Shown here piece by piece: positions 30,790-48,937 of a stretch of DNA of 64,000 bases. Below the pieces are notes generated by a model. It was given only the letters and a program-made list of their open reading frames with translations. It was not told where the DNA came from and searched no databases. The position numbers and the translations under genes were made by a program. Each line of letters starts with the position of its first letter. Within the stretch, counting starts at the first letter, position 1. Origin of the DNA: Eledone cirrhosa (lineage: Eukaryota); the NCBI GenBank assembly GCA_964016885.1, contig OZ024742.1, positions 114,266,001 to 114,330,000 on the forward strand, in the 5' to 3' direction.

Positions 30790-31794
30790 GTAATGTAAAA
30801 TATTATAGTACAATAGAGTCAACAAAGATTCTAAAATAAGAGGAAATAGTTTTTACAAAGTGTAAATAATTATAAAATCCAAACAAATAAACAGAAAGAA
30901 AAAAGTTGATAAAATGTTTTAAAAAGTATGAGTATGTTTACGGAAAATGAATAATTCTAATTCTAATGCGAGTACCTGTGAATGTTTATATTAAGTTTAA
31001 GTTTACGGCCTTATCACAAGCTCCACGGACTCATCGCTCTCCAGTTCCCGGGATTAAAAAAAAAACAATAACAAAAACATTTTACACTTCCCAGAACATT
31101 CAAAATATGAAAAATAGGGGAATATTTCTTTGATTAGGTTCAAATTATTCCAAGTACTCACGATAGGGAATCAAATCCCGGCGTCTAAATCGTTAATACA
31201 AGGGATATAGGCGGCCGATCCCTGATGTAACCCATACCAGATAATAAGGGCAACCGATAGCAGCATTCGTGACACAATAGATCGTATTCACTCACAACGT
31301 TACATGCGGCTCATGGCAATACCAGTAACAAAAATACATGTAGCAACACTAACAAAGAACGCAATAGTATATAGTGAAATGTAGATGAATTATAACGGTA
31401 ATTGAATTAATCGAAGTAGATCACTGTATTAATAAGTAAAAACGTAAGCAATTAGTTGAAAGGAATTAATTAAATAAGTACGCAATTGGTATGGAGTCAA
31501 TATGGAATGCAATATGAAATATTCCAAATTCAAAATGAAATATTAATAAAAAATATACGTATTATGTGTCATAGTACATAAAACATAATAAGTAATACTT
31601 AATATAAATATCATAATATAGATGAATTTTAAAAGGGAAATAAATTACAAAGAGTGGATGATGATGACACTAAGCAAACGAATATAATTATTTGAAGAAG
31701 TTGCTAATTGATATTTAAAATGATGTACAACTACATAGGGACTATAATAAAATATAAGGTTAAATACAATGTATATGCCGCAACACATAACACC

Positions 31795-32073
<279 letters not shown>

Positions 32074-32768
32074 GAAATATATATATATATATATATGTAT
32101 ATGCATGTATACATGTGTATGAATATGCGCGGGGACATAGAAATAATCGAGCAGGATACCGATTGCACAGTTAAACCATTGGGAGTGACGGACCCTAGCC
32201 TATGTCAGGCTATTCTTGTCGGAGAAGGCAACTCAAGAAACTGGGATAACTGCAGCATAAAAGCTGTGGCACAGTAGTTACCCATGATGTTGATCTGTTC
32301 TTCTTTTCGGGTTTTAGCTACTGTCACCCAATGGGACTGGCTCAGTGCACAGTCTTTTCTCACTTAAAAAAAGATTCATGCCTAAGCATTGCACGATAGC
32401 AAGAATTGATAACTATTAATAATATAATATTATGCAATGGCCAAAAGCAATACGAGGGGACGGACATAACTATATATATACAGTGGCGGACTAGGTCAAA
32501 CAATGGTGGTTGCCAGGAGAAGAAGGAGGCCCACCTACATATAGATTACTATAATTTAATTGTTATAAAGACTAAATGATATATTCCAAGAAATAGATAA
32601 GTGGAAACAAAACAGTACAATCAAGTTTTTGCAGAAAATATCAATCCTTCTCCAATGGAGAATACGATGTATATTGCGAAATCCTTCCAGATACTTTCAA
32701 TAATGACCATCTGACTTACTAAAAATCTAAAAATATGCACGAACTCCCATATATATATATATATAAAC

Positions 32769-33640
<872 letters not shown>

Positions 33641-33656
33641 TATATATGTATATATA

Positions 33657-34379
33657 TAGAAAGATTTGAATGGATACAGTTTAGTTGAAAGGAATTTATT
33701 GACACGTGTTTCTATAACAGTTACATAACCTGAAAACAGCTGCTATCTACAAAGTATTATGCAGACAATCAATATGTCAATGTTATTATTTACTGTCATT
33801 TCATCAGAATAATATTACTGAGGCCCTGTTTGGTTTTTCTAGAGAATCTTAGGAGAGAGGCGTGAAGTTGTTAGAAGAATAGTTGAGGGAGTGGTTTTTT
33901 GATAGCAGTGAGAATTTTTGGTGGCAGTGAGTAATTAGATTCCCATCTGTTGTTTTGACATTTTTATAGAATATATTATTGGTTACTTTTCTAAATCTAT
34001 AGAGGGATTAGAGATAGTAAAGATATGCGTGGTTGGTTTTGTGTTTGCACTTAATTAACATTCAGACTTAAATTTCTTCTTTCCAGTGTACGTATCCTTT
34101 CACCCACGCATTCTCACACAAACATAATTGCACCCCTCTACAAAATACATATACTCACATTCACATAGTAACATGTTCATACTTACATACATATACACAT
34201 GCATACATATATATATACACACATGTATTCATGTACATACATACACGTTCATGTGTGTACATTTTCATACTCAACTTATCTTTATATACACACGTATAGA
34301 CACACACATATATACATACATCCTCTAGTCTATGGGTACATATATACATATACATATACATCCATATATATATATATAC

Positions 34380-34450
<71 letters not shown>

Positions 34451-35770
34451 AGCACTTTAATACATGAATACACTTACATCTAACTATACACATCAAACAT
34501 ATATATATATTTACTTATTTATATACATTTTCACATATATATATATATACTTATGGTCGCTTTTAGACACATTCATTATCGCATTTTTGCACCTATTCTC
34601 ATCAGCATATCTTTTCATTATTAGTGTGGTAATTTGAGGTTATTAATTTACATATATATGTTGAGAAGAAATTATTTTTATATTTTTCTAACTAGATTGA
34701 GGTTTATATAGTTAGGGGGATGTCCCTCTTTTTATGTAATATTCGGCTTGTAGTGGGAAAAAAGGGTTTTAGTTCGGTGACGGCAAAATAATGTTCGTTC
34801 AATTCTGTTATTCAGCAATTTCTTCTTGTGTGTGATTATGTAATAAATCTCAAGATTACACAATTTGCAGAAATTTTGTTCTCCTGGAAAAGCTTTGGGT
34901 TTTAGCTAATTTCTCCCATTTTAGGGTAAACTTTTGATCGCTATCCCTGAGCGTCCAAGCTTTTTCTGCTAAAGTTGTTACATTTCTTTGGCTCTGGTGT
35001 TTTATTGAGTAAGAATGCCTATATAATCAAGATTTAAACGATGTTGCCGTTGATCCTACGTAATACCACTCGTTGCTTCCGGATTTAATGGTACACTTAT
35101 AAATAATATTTTTTTCCAGGCAGTTATTGCCGAGGGGGCAGTCGTCACATCGGTGCAGTTACAGTTGTGTACGTTGGGTTTTCTCTGGAGTTGTATTGCG
35201 GACGAACTTAGGTGTTGTTTATTTATGTTCTGTAGTGTATTGTCTACTGTTTTTTTTGTGTTCTTTGTACTTAAGTTTTTATTGTTTTCGTTTAACCTTC
35301 TAGTATTGATCTTTTTTATGTGTTGTTCAAGGTTTAACGCTGTAGAGTATGACAGTCTTATTGTGGTAGGGTTTAGGATTTTGTGGTATTTGTGTGATGT
35401 AGGAACATGTCTCTTAATTATTTTAAAGAAGAGTACTGGTAAATTTGTACTAATGGAACTATTGTATTCGGGGTTATACCATAAGTACTCTTTGCATCGC
35501 TTTCTATTAGTTTTGTTTGTTGGTTTACTGGTGTGCATACTATGGTAGTAAGTGTGGTTTGGTGTTGCGTTATTATATCTACCTATGTGGGATTTATTTT
35601 GGGTGATTTGACTGTTCCCGTCTATATAATCTATTTTGTTGCTTTACTAAGGGCGTTATCGTAGTATTCGGCGTGTTCCTTAAATACTTGTATGTTAGAA
35701 GATAGACCCGAGATTCTAAGGGATATATTTTTAGGGATAGATATAATTATAGAGATGGGGTGGTTAGACC
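33657..35770 (-). mobile_element. 5'-truncated PLE (Hydra-like thumb + EN, frameshifted) with 3' HHR
   Basis: YLWYNPEYN...FFKIIKRHVPTSHKYHKILNPTTIRLSYS...CNC, followed by EN remnants to about 34770. Upstream remnant NISLRISGLSSN.QVFKEHAEYYDNAL. Confidence 0.8.
33696..33812 (-). ncRNA. Type I HHR with very long stem II insertion
   Basis: The reverse strand reads ttatt-CTGATGA-aatgacagt...(about 70 nt)...actgttata-GAAAC-acgt-GTC-aataa. Confidence 0.7.
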
Positions 35771-36119
35771 CAAATTATAACCAGTCAGTTCTTCGGAGCA
35801 TGCTGGTTATAATTTTGTATTGGCGATCGAGTAACGTGAAAACAAGCGAATAGCGATCTCTAGACCTACCAGTTCAGAGAAACAATTGTCAGCTTTGAGA
35901 TTAAAAACCTTTTTTGTATAGCAAACCATGTCAACCTTCTTTCCTGATTTATTATTACTCCAAGTGTTTACAACATAGGAATTACAGCATACCCGCAGCA
36001 TCACTATGAAAACTCCTTATTGAGTCAAAACAAGCCAAGCGTTGATATCATCCACTACCTGGAATACCATAACTGGACTATACCTAAGTGGACTGCATTT
36101 AACTATTATTTGTTACCCC

Positions 36120-36237
<118 letters not shown>

Positions 36238-36261
36238 TTATATATAAATATATATATTTAC

Positions 36262-37020
36262 ATATGGGAAAAAATGAAACGAAATTTCATTTCTCACTTT
36301 TAGTACGGCTGTTACTTAAATATAAATATGTATACGTACATAATAAGCTTGAAACTAGTACAGCGTTCGTTTGTCAGTGTGGAACAAATGAGCAACGATG
36401 GTTGATAGACAATGTACGGCTTAATTCGGGATGGTTGTTTACAAACACACAGAACATTTAAATAAATGTTCGTTGAATCCATACGTACATATATATATAT
36501 ATATGTGTGCATGCATGTATATATACATACTACTGTACGTCTGTATACATATGTGTGTGTACGTATACAGACTTATATTTAAGTAACAGCCGTAGTAAGA
36601 TTGAGAAATGAAATTTCGTTTCCTTTTTTCCGTTTATCGTTTTCGGTGCGCCCGGCCGATTAACTCTCTCGATATGCAAATTAGGCTGCTCAGCCGTTAA
36701 TATGCATAAGGAAAGTATATACTTTCAGACGTTAAATCATCTGGCAGGAAGGTAAACGTTGCTGACGATAGCTAATATGCTTGAAACTAGTACAGCGTTC
36801 CTTTGTCAGTGTTGAACAAATAAGCAACGATGATTGCTAGACACTGTACGGCTTAATTTGGGATATGTGTTTACAAGAACACCGAGCATTATCATAATGT
36901 TCGGTGAATCCATACGTACATATATATATATATATGCGTGTGCATGTATGTATATATATATATACATACTACTGTACGTCTGTATACATATATGTATGTA
37001 CATATACATACTTATATATA
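36262..37020 (+). mobile_element. Family A array: short inverted tip + about 1.5 tandem monomers (period 432)
   Basis: gaaactagta occurs at 36351 and 36783. The intact HHR at 36755-36799 reads aacgttg-CTGACGA-tagc..gctt-GAAAC-ta-GTA-cagcgtt. Confidence 0.8.
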
Positions 37021-37039
37021 CATATGTATATATGTGTAT

Positions 37040-37137
<98 letters not shown>

Positions 37138-37144
37138 GTATATT

Positions 37145-37216
<72 letters not shown>

Positions 37217-37275
37217 CATATATATATATATAAATACACATATATACATATGTAAATATATATATATATAAATAG

Positions 37276-37344
<69 letters not shown>

Positions 37345-37351
37345 TAACTTT

Positions 37352-37395
<44 letters not shown>

Positions 37396-37404
37396 TATAG
37401 ATAT

Positions 37405-37788
37405 TTAAAAGTTAAGCAGAAATATCAACAAAATGGGTACAGTATATGGAAGGGGTATATTAGATTAACGATTGATATAGCAGGAAGAGGGTCTTAGCGT
37501 TTCGGCGGCTAGTCCTTCATCAAAAGGAAAAATGAGAAATAAAATCGATTAGGGGACGGGCGTGATGGAATTGGAAAAAATCACTTCAGATAAAAATAAC
37601 AGTTCCATTCAGGTTTACATATCTTGCAAAACTGTTGGTACTGGCATTTTGTGTGCAATTTATTTTTTAGAAAAGTTGATGATGGAGCGCGTCTACCTGA
37701 AATCGAAAAAACAGCGTTTTGTGAAAATATCTATATTTGAACCCGTGCCTAAGCATGGGTGTAAGTGTGTGTGTGTGTGTGCATGTTT

Positions 37789-37851
<63 letters not shown>

Positions 37852-38190
37852 TGTGTTATTATACGTCCCTACGGATTTAAGAAGAAATGTGTGTGTATAC
37901 GTGAGAAAAGGGGTGTGTGTGCATGTAAGTATGAAGCTCTGAACAAAAGTATGTTAATATAAGGGTGTGTATGTGTGTATACAGAACAGTGAAGGGGAAA
38001 ATGGAGTGAGCATATATAGTGGGCCTGTATTAGTTGTAAGAGGAGATATTAATGATCATTAGAATGCGATAGGAATCTAGGGATGTAATAATGGACGGGA
38101 TATTAGAGAAATTGGGGAAGTGAGTTGATTCCAGGAGGGGAATAGGACCCAATGCGGTGAATCAGACTCTGTTCAGTCCTGGTGTGCATA
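37405..38190 (-). mobile_element. PLE 3' fragment (Neptune-like EN tail + UTR + degenerate HHR at about 37490-37527)
   Basis: RTEQSLIHRIGSYSPPGINS resembles the E..LI..LGT..P.GLN EN tail. The reverse strand reads TTGATGA-agg...cc-GAAAC-gc. Confidence 0.6.
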
Positions 38191-38197
38191 TATTTAA

Positions 38198-38237
<40 letters not shown>

Positions 38238-40450
38238 CGGGGACTGCGATGGGTACTTAATCATGGGATACTTGGAAGTCCAGATATATGAACAGTGCAA
38301 ATGAAAATACGGATTGAACTTCCACAAATATTTATCAGAGAATTGGAACCGCTACTTGGACAATTGTCTCATAATTTGGTCCCACACACTTGAAGAACTA
38401 AATGATTTCAAAATTGATTTAACGGCATCAATAACCACATCCAATTCACAATGTAATACAGCCAAGATCAACTCCCATTTCTGGACATCTTAATCTTAAA
38501 AAAAGACACAAATATCGAAACTGACATACACTACAAACCAACAGATTCCAAACAATACCTGCTATTCACCTCCAATCATCCAAAGCACACGAAGACGAAC
38601 ATTCCTTTTCACCTATCAAGAAGAATTTGCACAATTGTCTCCAATTATGAAAAGCGAAATAAAAGACTTCGAGAATTGAAGGAAATTCTACTGGAAAGAC
38701 AGTACCCACCATTAATAATAAATAATGGAATAGAAAGGGCTAAAGCAATAGGCATTGATGAATTACGAAAACAGAAACAAATTCAAGGTACGTCCAATAT
38801 TCTCTCATATAACTCAACACACAACCGAAGACATGCTGACATTATTCACAAGAACATCCCACTATTGAAACAAGACCCAAGAATGAAAAAAACCCTTGAA
38901 ACACAAAATAATCAAAAGCAAAAGACAACCGAAATCACTAAAAATATTACTCACCAATGCTAAATTACCTATCACAAATCCACAACCAACTGTCCAAAAA
39001 TGTGGTCGCTCTAATTGTGGAACCTGCACTCACCTCATTGAAGGCATCACATATACATTTCAATCAGGACAAAATGTTGCTGTAAAAACTCACTTCACTT
39101 GTTGATAAAAACATCTAGTTTATGTCATTAAATGTAAAAAATGCATTAATATTATATAGGACAAATTAAACTCCCACTCAGAAACAGAATGACAGTTCAT
39201 CGCCAACACTTACGAGATCCAATCACGAGACAGATACCACTAAGTGCCCTTCTAGACATATGTGCAAGTAATAAGACACCCACATTCCAAGGCTTCCCAT
39301 TTTACCTTTGCGCTGACAATACAACAGAACAAATACGAATGAATAAGGAAAATATGTTTATTCAAAAAGATGGACCTGCATTAAATATAGTTTAATATAC
39401 ATTATGTCAACACCATAACATGCTAACCATCCAAAGAGACACATGCATACACACACACGTAACACCTACTTTACAAAATAAAAGCCAGAACTAAATAAAC
39501 CTGAACATACGTTAATACTTTAACACCTTAACATGCTAACCCCACACCCCACGCACACATGACTCCCTCCCCCATTTCTACTAAAGGAATCATGTTCCTA
39601 CACACACACAAAAATATATATATTCCCTCCATCTTAACATGCTAACCTACCCCAACACACACATAACACCCATACACACACACACCTCCCTCCCACATCT
39701 CTACTAATAAAAGCATCTTCCTACACACATATACGCACACACACACACACAAGGACACAAATAAACATACATATCTCTACTTTCTTTATCTCAATAGAAA
39801 CTCTGAATTCTGACAAACCAGCGAACCAGCCATATTCACTGAACCAGAACAATTCTCCCCATCCCATTTCTCTGACCATTATCTTTTCTTTGGCACAACA
39901 TTCTCTAAAAGGCTACAAAATAAATTCCCAAATACGGGGGCGAAAATTTAATTAACTTGTTCACGTGACAGTCATAATTTCATTTATAATCCATCAAATT
40001 TACATTTTTTTTTTAAATCCTTCATGGGCCACTTTTTTAAAGTAAAAAGAAATTCAAACAAACTGGCGCGAAAGCTGATGTGCGTATTCGCGTGACTGCA
40101 TCAACCAACCAAATTTCACTCATGTATGAAGAAACAACCTGAGCCCACACACGCCACCCGTCCCATTTGTTTGAAGAAATGTGTAACGTGAACTGGCGCG
40201 AAATTTATTATACTTATTCACCAACGAATCAAATTACTTCTCTAAAAACCTGGCATTTCGATCCAATTTTTTCCATATAAAACAAGTAACGTTCAAAGAA
40301 CAACCAGATGTGAGAAAAACCACAGACACTCCATCTCAAATCTATTTTTGAAAAGCAGGAGAACTGCGAAACCGGTAAAGGAACCAAATAAATATATATA
40401 TTTAAAAAAAAAGACTCCAATTGCATTTTCGATTTCATCTTTTTTCCTTA
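38238..40450 (+). mobile_element. 5'-truncated Neptune-like PLE (RT-thumb-EN, multiple stops/frameshifts) with 3' HHR
   Basis: GTAMGT, MGYLE, WNRYLDNC..IW, IQFTM, LPFLDI, YKPTDSKQYL..SNHPKHTKTNIPF, KCGRSNCGTC, LVYVIKCKKC, YIGQ and RMTVHRQH. The coding remnant ends at about 39395. Confidence 0.85.
40341..40382 (+). ncRNA. Minimal HHR, U3-A8 core
   Basis: ttt-TTGAAAA-gcag(gagaa)ctgc-GAAAC-cg-GTA-aag. Confidence 0.7.
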
Positions 40451-40464
40451 TATATATATATATA

Positions 40465-41797
<1,333 letters not shown>

Positions 41798-42096
41798 GCA
41801 AACTTGACTGTCACCACACATTATGTACCTGGAGATTGTGAAAGCATGAAAGTACTTGTTCAATTAACACTTAACATTTAATATTCTATCATACTATTTC
41901 ATTATAATACCATTATCAATTTTAAAGGATTGTAAATAAAACGAGTAAATCAGACAAAGTTGGAATACCTCTTATTAATATAATCTTCTATACAGAATCA
42001 TACACACCTCTGTATATTTATCTATCTATCTATATATATATATATATATAAAGTCTAACGAAAGCAATGATTCTTTGCTTAAACTTTCATCTGTTA

Positions 42097-42167
<71 letters not shown>

Positions 42168-42529
42168 TGTTTTTTTGTTAAAATATATCAAACTATAATA
42201 ATTTAACAGCTAAATAAATATAGGGAGAATTAGGTTGTTACCAAAGAGCCAGAAGATTGACAAGTGGACCCTAATTATGAGTGATAGCTCTAGAAAATCC
42301 ACGAATCTCACCACATCTATTTAACTTTGATCTTGAAAGTCGGTTATTAAATATTAATTGTTTCTACTTTTGGCACATATTAATGTTCATTAGATATGTG
42401 TAACTGTGTCGGCAGCATAGTAAGAGGAATCATAGAGGCTGTTGTTGCTGCTCGAGTGCGTGGTTCCCGTTAAACATTTTTAGTTTGTTTCTATGGAATG
42501 AAAAATAATAACTGAAAAGACTACATGTA

Positions 42530-42605
42530 GGTCTCGACCAGGATTGAACCCTAGCCCAGGGACTCCACCGATTCTAGCACGTACTGCTACTGCACTGAGT
42601 CAGCT
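42530..42605 (-). mobile_element. tRNA-like SINE head / tRNA pseudogene
   Basis: The reverse strand reads gctgactcagtgcagtag (A-box-like)...ggttcaatcctggtcgagac (B box). Confidence 0.5.
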
Positions 42606-42989
42606 ACGAATATTTACTGAAAGTTCTTGCGCAGAAACATACATTTCGAAATGTTCAATACAAAATGATATGTATTTTTCAGCTGTTTCTTAATGTTATT
42701 GTTCCTACTTAAGGTCAACTTCAAAATCATTTGGATGTTCCATAAACTATATCCTCATTTTGTTTCTCCTCTATCTAGACTATATTTAAAGACTTAACTA
42801 AAGTCTTATTTTATTGCTGTATATATAAGCAATTTGGGCGAATTTGGGGATGTGTTAACGAGTTGCAAATTACATGTTATCATTTGATGAAATTAAAATA
42901 ACAAATAGAAACCAGAAGACAAGATGATTGACTGAGACTTCCTATGAGATGTATGGGGGTTGAAGGAGACGTTGTGATGGTCAGATTAA

Positions 42990-43208
42990 CCCTTTAGCAT
43001 TTAAACCGGCCATATCCGGCCAGAATTCTTTCACCTCTTTCTGTTCCAACTAGCTGTATCTGGTCGTTTATACTGATGTTAACGTATTGTTCTCAAAATT
43101 AATAATATCCAAATCTCATAGATTTGATATTTTGTGAGATAATTATGAGATATAGTATTTACCATGACAATATGATAGTAAATATAAAATAATGTAAATG
43201 TTGAAGGG
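42990..43208. mobile_element. piggyBac-type MITE with TTAA target-site duplication
   Basis: TTAA|ccctttagcattta ... taaatgttgaaggg|TTAA. Confidence 0.8.
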
Positions 43209-43707
43209 TTAAACTAATTGGCCTTTGCCGAAGAGAACATATATGAATGAAAATATAAAACAAAGTCAATGAGTGTTTAAAGAGTGTTTAAAATGTTATT
43301 GAGAGTGCAGTATGTTGTTGTGTAATGTGCTTGTAATAATGCCCATATACAGATCAGATTTCCCTAAGTGGCCTTTGGTGAAGGAATATTAAAAAAACAA
43401 GTATGTCATACCTTATTAACACTTCCCAAGACACACATCCAAATTCATTTTCTCTATATATACATCAACACAAATCTAAACTTTCGTTGAGTCTCTTTTA
43501 TATTTTGACTTTTATCTTAATTCTTCACTTAATGTCACTTAAGGAAATATCTTCTGGACATTTTTACAACCGCTTCCAAACCGACAACACATACTGCACT
43601 CAGCAAATATTTAAACACTCACTAATTTGTGTTATGATTTTATGATTTTATACAAGCCGTAGAAATTCGTATTTTATTTGGAATTCGGCCTATGTTTCCA
43701 ATGATAA

Positions 43708-43742
<35 letters not shown>

Positions 43743-43749
43743 TACATCA

Positions 43750-44727
43750 AAATTGGTACTATGACATAGCGATATATATATGAATGTATATATAGTGTAT
43801 TTCGCAATACACTGTATGCTTAATTAAAAGCATTTCGAAGACCTTACGCTATTGTTTTACAGTAGTGACAATCTCACTTACTTTAAATCTTCAGCAAACA
43901 GGGGGAGATAAAGCTGACAGAGCTCTGTTTCGTATTTTTGGTACTTATCAAAGCTAAGTACTCCACCTGTTTTTCAATTTCTGCTTGACCGGCAACCGCT
44001 CTGTATAATCAGTTCCTGATTATTACTAGAATTCATTAAGAATCAAACATTCATGATATTCAGCAAACAGGTGGGTACTTTGCTTTGATAAGTACCAAAA
44101 AGTAAAAATCATAGCTCTGTCAGCCTTATCTCCCCCTGTTTGCTGAACATTTAAAGTAAGTGAGACTGTCACTACTCTAAAACAAAAGCGTAAAGTCTTC
44201 GAAATGCTTTTAATTAAGCGTACAGTGTATTCCAAAATACACTATATATACATTCATATATATATCGCTATTTCAAAGCACCAATTCTAATGTTCAATGT
44301 ATACTTGACCGGCAACCGCTCTGTATAATCAGTTCCTGATTATTACTAGAATTATATAAGAATCAAACATTCATGATTTTCAGCAAGCAGGTGGAGTACT
44401 TAGCTTTGATAAGTACCAAGAACTACGAAACAGAGCTGTCAGCCTTATCTCCCCCTGTTTGCTGAAAATTTAAAGTAAGTCAGACTGTCACTACTCTAAA
44501 ACAATAGCGTAAGGTGTTTGAAATGCTTTTAATTAAGCATACAGTGTATTGCAAAATACACTATATATACATTCATATATATATATATATCGCTATTTCA
44601 GAGCACCAATTCTAATTTTCAATTTCTGCTTGACCGGCAACCGCTCGGTATAATCAGTTCCTGATTATTACTAAAATTCTATAAGAATCAAACATTCAAG
44701 ATTTTCAGCAAAGAGGTGGAGTACTTA
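43750..44727. mobile_element. HHR-containing tandem element, family D (period 320-325), inverted first unit
   Basis: cttgaccggcaaccgctc occurs at 43984, 44304 and 44629. The HHR at 43912-43955 (-) reads agct-TTGATAA-gta(ccaaaaa)tac-GAAAC-agagctct-GTC-agct. The copy at 44402-44444 (+) has an intact core; 44082-44125 is degenerate. Confidence 0.8.
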
Positions 44728-44739
44728 TTATTTCAGACA

Positions 44740-45540
44740 CGTGTGATGCTCATAGGACCCGACGCACACTGACCATGTTAGCTTTAACGATGTCATGTAA
44801 TTCCTGGTCAGTTGCTGGGAGAGAGATTTCAGTCGATTTCTGTCTATGGCATTTGAATTGATTTTATTAACTAACCAAATCAAAATGTGAGCATGTGGCA
44901 GCTCTTTTTTTTTTCGACGGTGAACAGGTCACATTTTACAGCCCAGAATACCTGACCCTTTTTGATTAAAGCTATGAGTTTAGCCAGTTTCAGTGCGAAC
45001 ACTCTGGCAATGAGGTCATGTCTGTTCGAATAATTTTGCCCAGGAAAATGTTCACGGTTTACATTCCGGTTCATATGTCTATAGCATTAATCTGTTATAT
45101 GAAGTGTTGTTTTTCGGTTTGTTATTTGCAAGAACCCGATTGAAAATGCCCCAGATAATCCGTATGTCAATACGGAGACGCTCAATACGGAACGCTCCAT
45201 TGCAATGTTGTCATATAGGAAGTGAAGAGCGACAAAGAGAGTAAAGCAGTTAAATTATAGAGAAGGGAATGATCATGATCGAGTTTTTGCCTTATTGTTG
45301 ATTGTTTTCAAATTAATTTACTTCATGACCTTTTCCTGACCAAAAGCAATAATTGTCTCGACTTTGAATAAAATCCGTAGGAAATTGTGGATGTGAATCC
45401 GGTACAAATCTTAACACAGACATCCTCAGATGTATATATATATTCCAATCATTTACACAAGTCCACCTTCTGTTATTTATTATAATATCTAACTTCGTAC
45501 TCGCGCCACCAACTACACAATCGAAGACGGTTGAGCTGCT
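44740..45540 (-). mobile_element. Degraded Helitron Rep (HUH) fragment
   Basis: PGQNYSNRHDLIARVFALKLAKLIALIKKGQVF.AVKC...TVE, then frameshifted ELPHAHILIWLVNKI...TEI...DQELHDIVKANMV. The extent above about 45120 is weakly supported. Confidence 0.75.
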
Positions 45541-45638
45541 TTACGTTGAGTACTCTCCATATTATTACATCAAGATTGACCATGCGGAATTGTCCAGTGG
45601 TGAACCTTCTAACCGAAATAAATATATATACATATATA

Positions 45639-45707
<69 letters not shown>

Positions 45708-45719
45708 CTCATGTATATG

Positions 45720-48512
<2,793 letters not shown>

Positions 48513-48883
48513 ATATGGGTGAGAAGAATACTGCTGGTTGCACATGGATAACATGTTATAAAATGAGTCCCTCATCAGTGATTTACCAAACGATCATGGG
48601 TATTTCATCGAATTAAAAATCATATACCTCACGTTGGAGCGATAATAACTAAAATAAGTTATTAGGACAATAGAAACGCGTAAAGCGAGTGAGACAAGTA
48701 AACAACACAAGGGGAAGCTAACCGAAGATGGAAATAAACACAAGCAACATAGTTATTCTTTCAGCATAAGCTGTGTGAATATATGAGCGAGTCAGAAAAC
48801 AGACCTTTTGCTATTGAATTCGGTGTTAGAAAGAATGAAAATCGTTTCCCCAGCGAACGGGAGGAAGAAAGAAAGGGAGAAAC

Positions 48884-48937
<54 letters not shown>

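Noticed and set aside
32130-32350. GC-richer block resembling an RTE 5' UTR or HDV-like ribozyme
   Set aside because: I could not build the nested double pseudoknot by eye, and there is no adjacent ORF.
36700-36750. Possible antisense (ambisense) HHR in family A (cagatga...gaaagtatatacttt)
   Set aside because: The core is CAGAUGA and is not conserved in all copies, and stem I is absent. It is more simply a hairpin.
38238-39395. In-frame TGA codons as possible selenocysteine recoding (as in Naiad PLEs)
   Set aside because: The stops include TAA alongside frameshifts and deletions, and the EN is C-terminal. This is ordinary decay.
43750-44727. Regularly spaced repeats as a possible CRISPR array
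   Set aside because: The whole unit of about 320 nt repeats, with no unique spacers and no cas genes, in a eukaryotic context.
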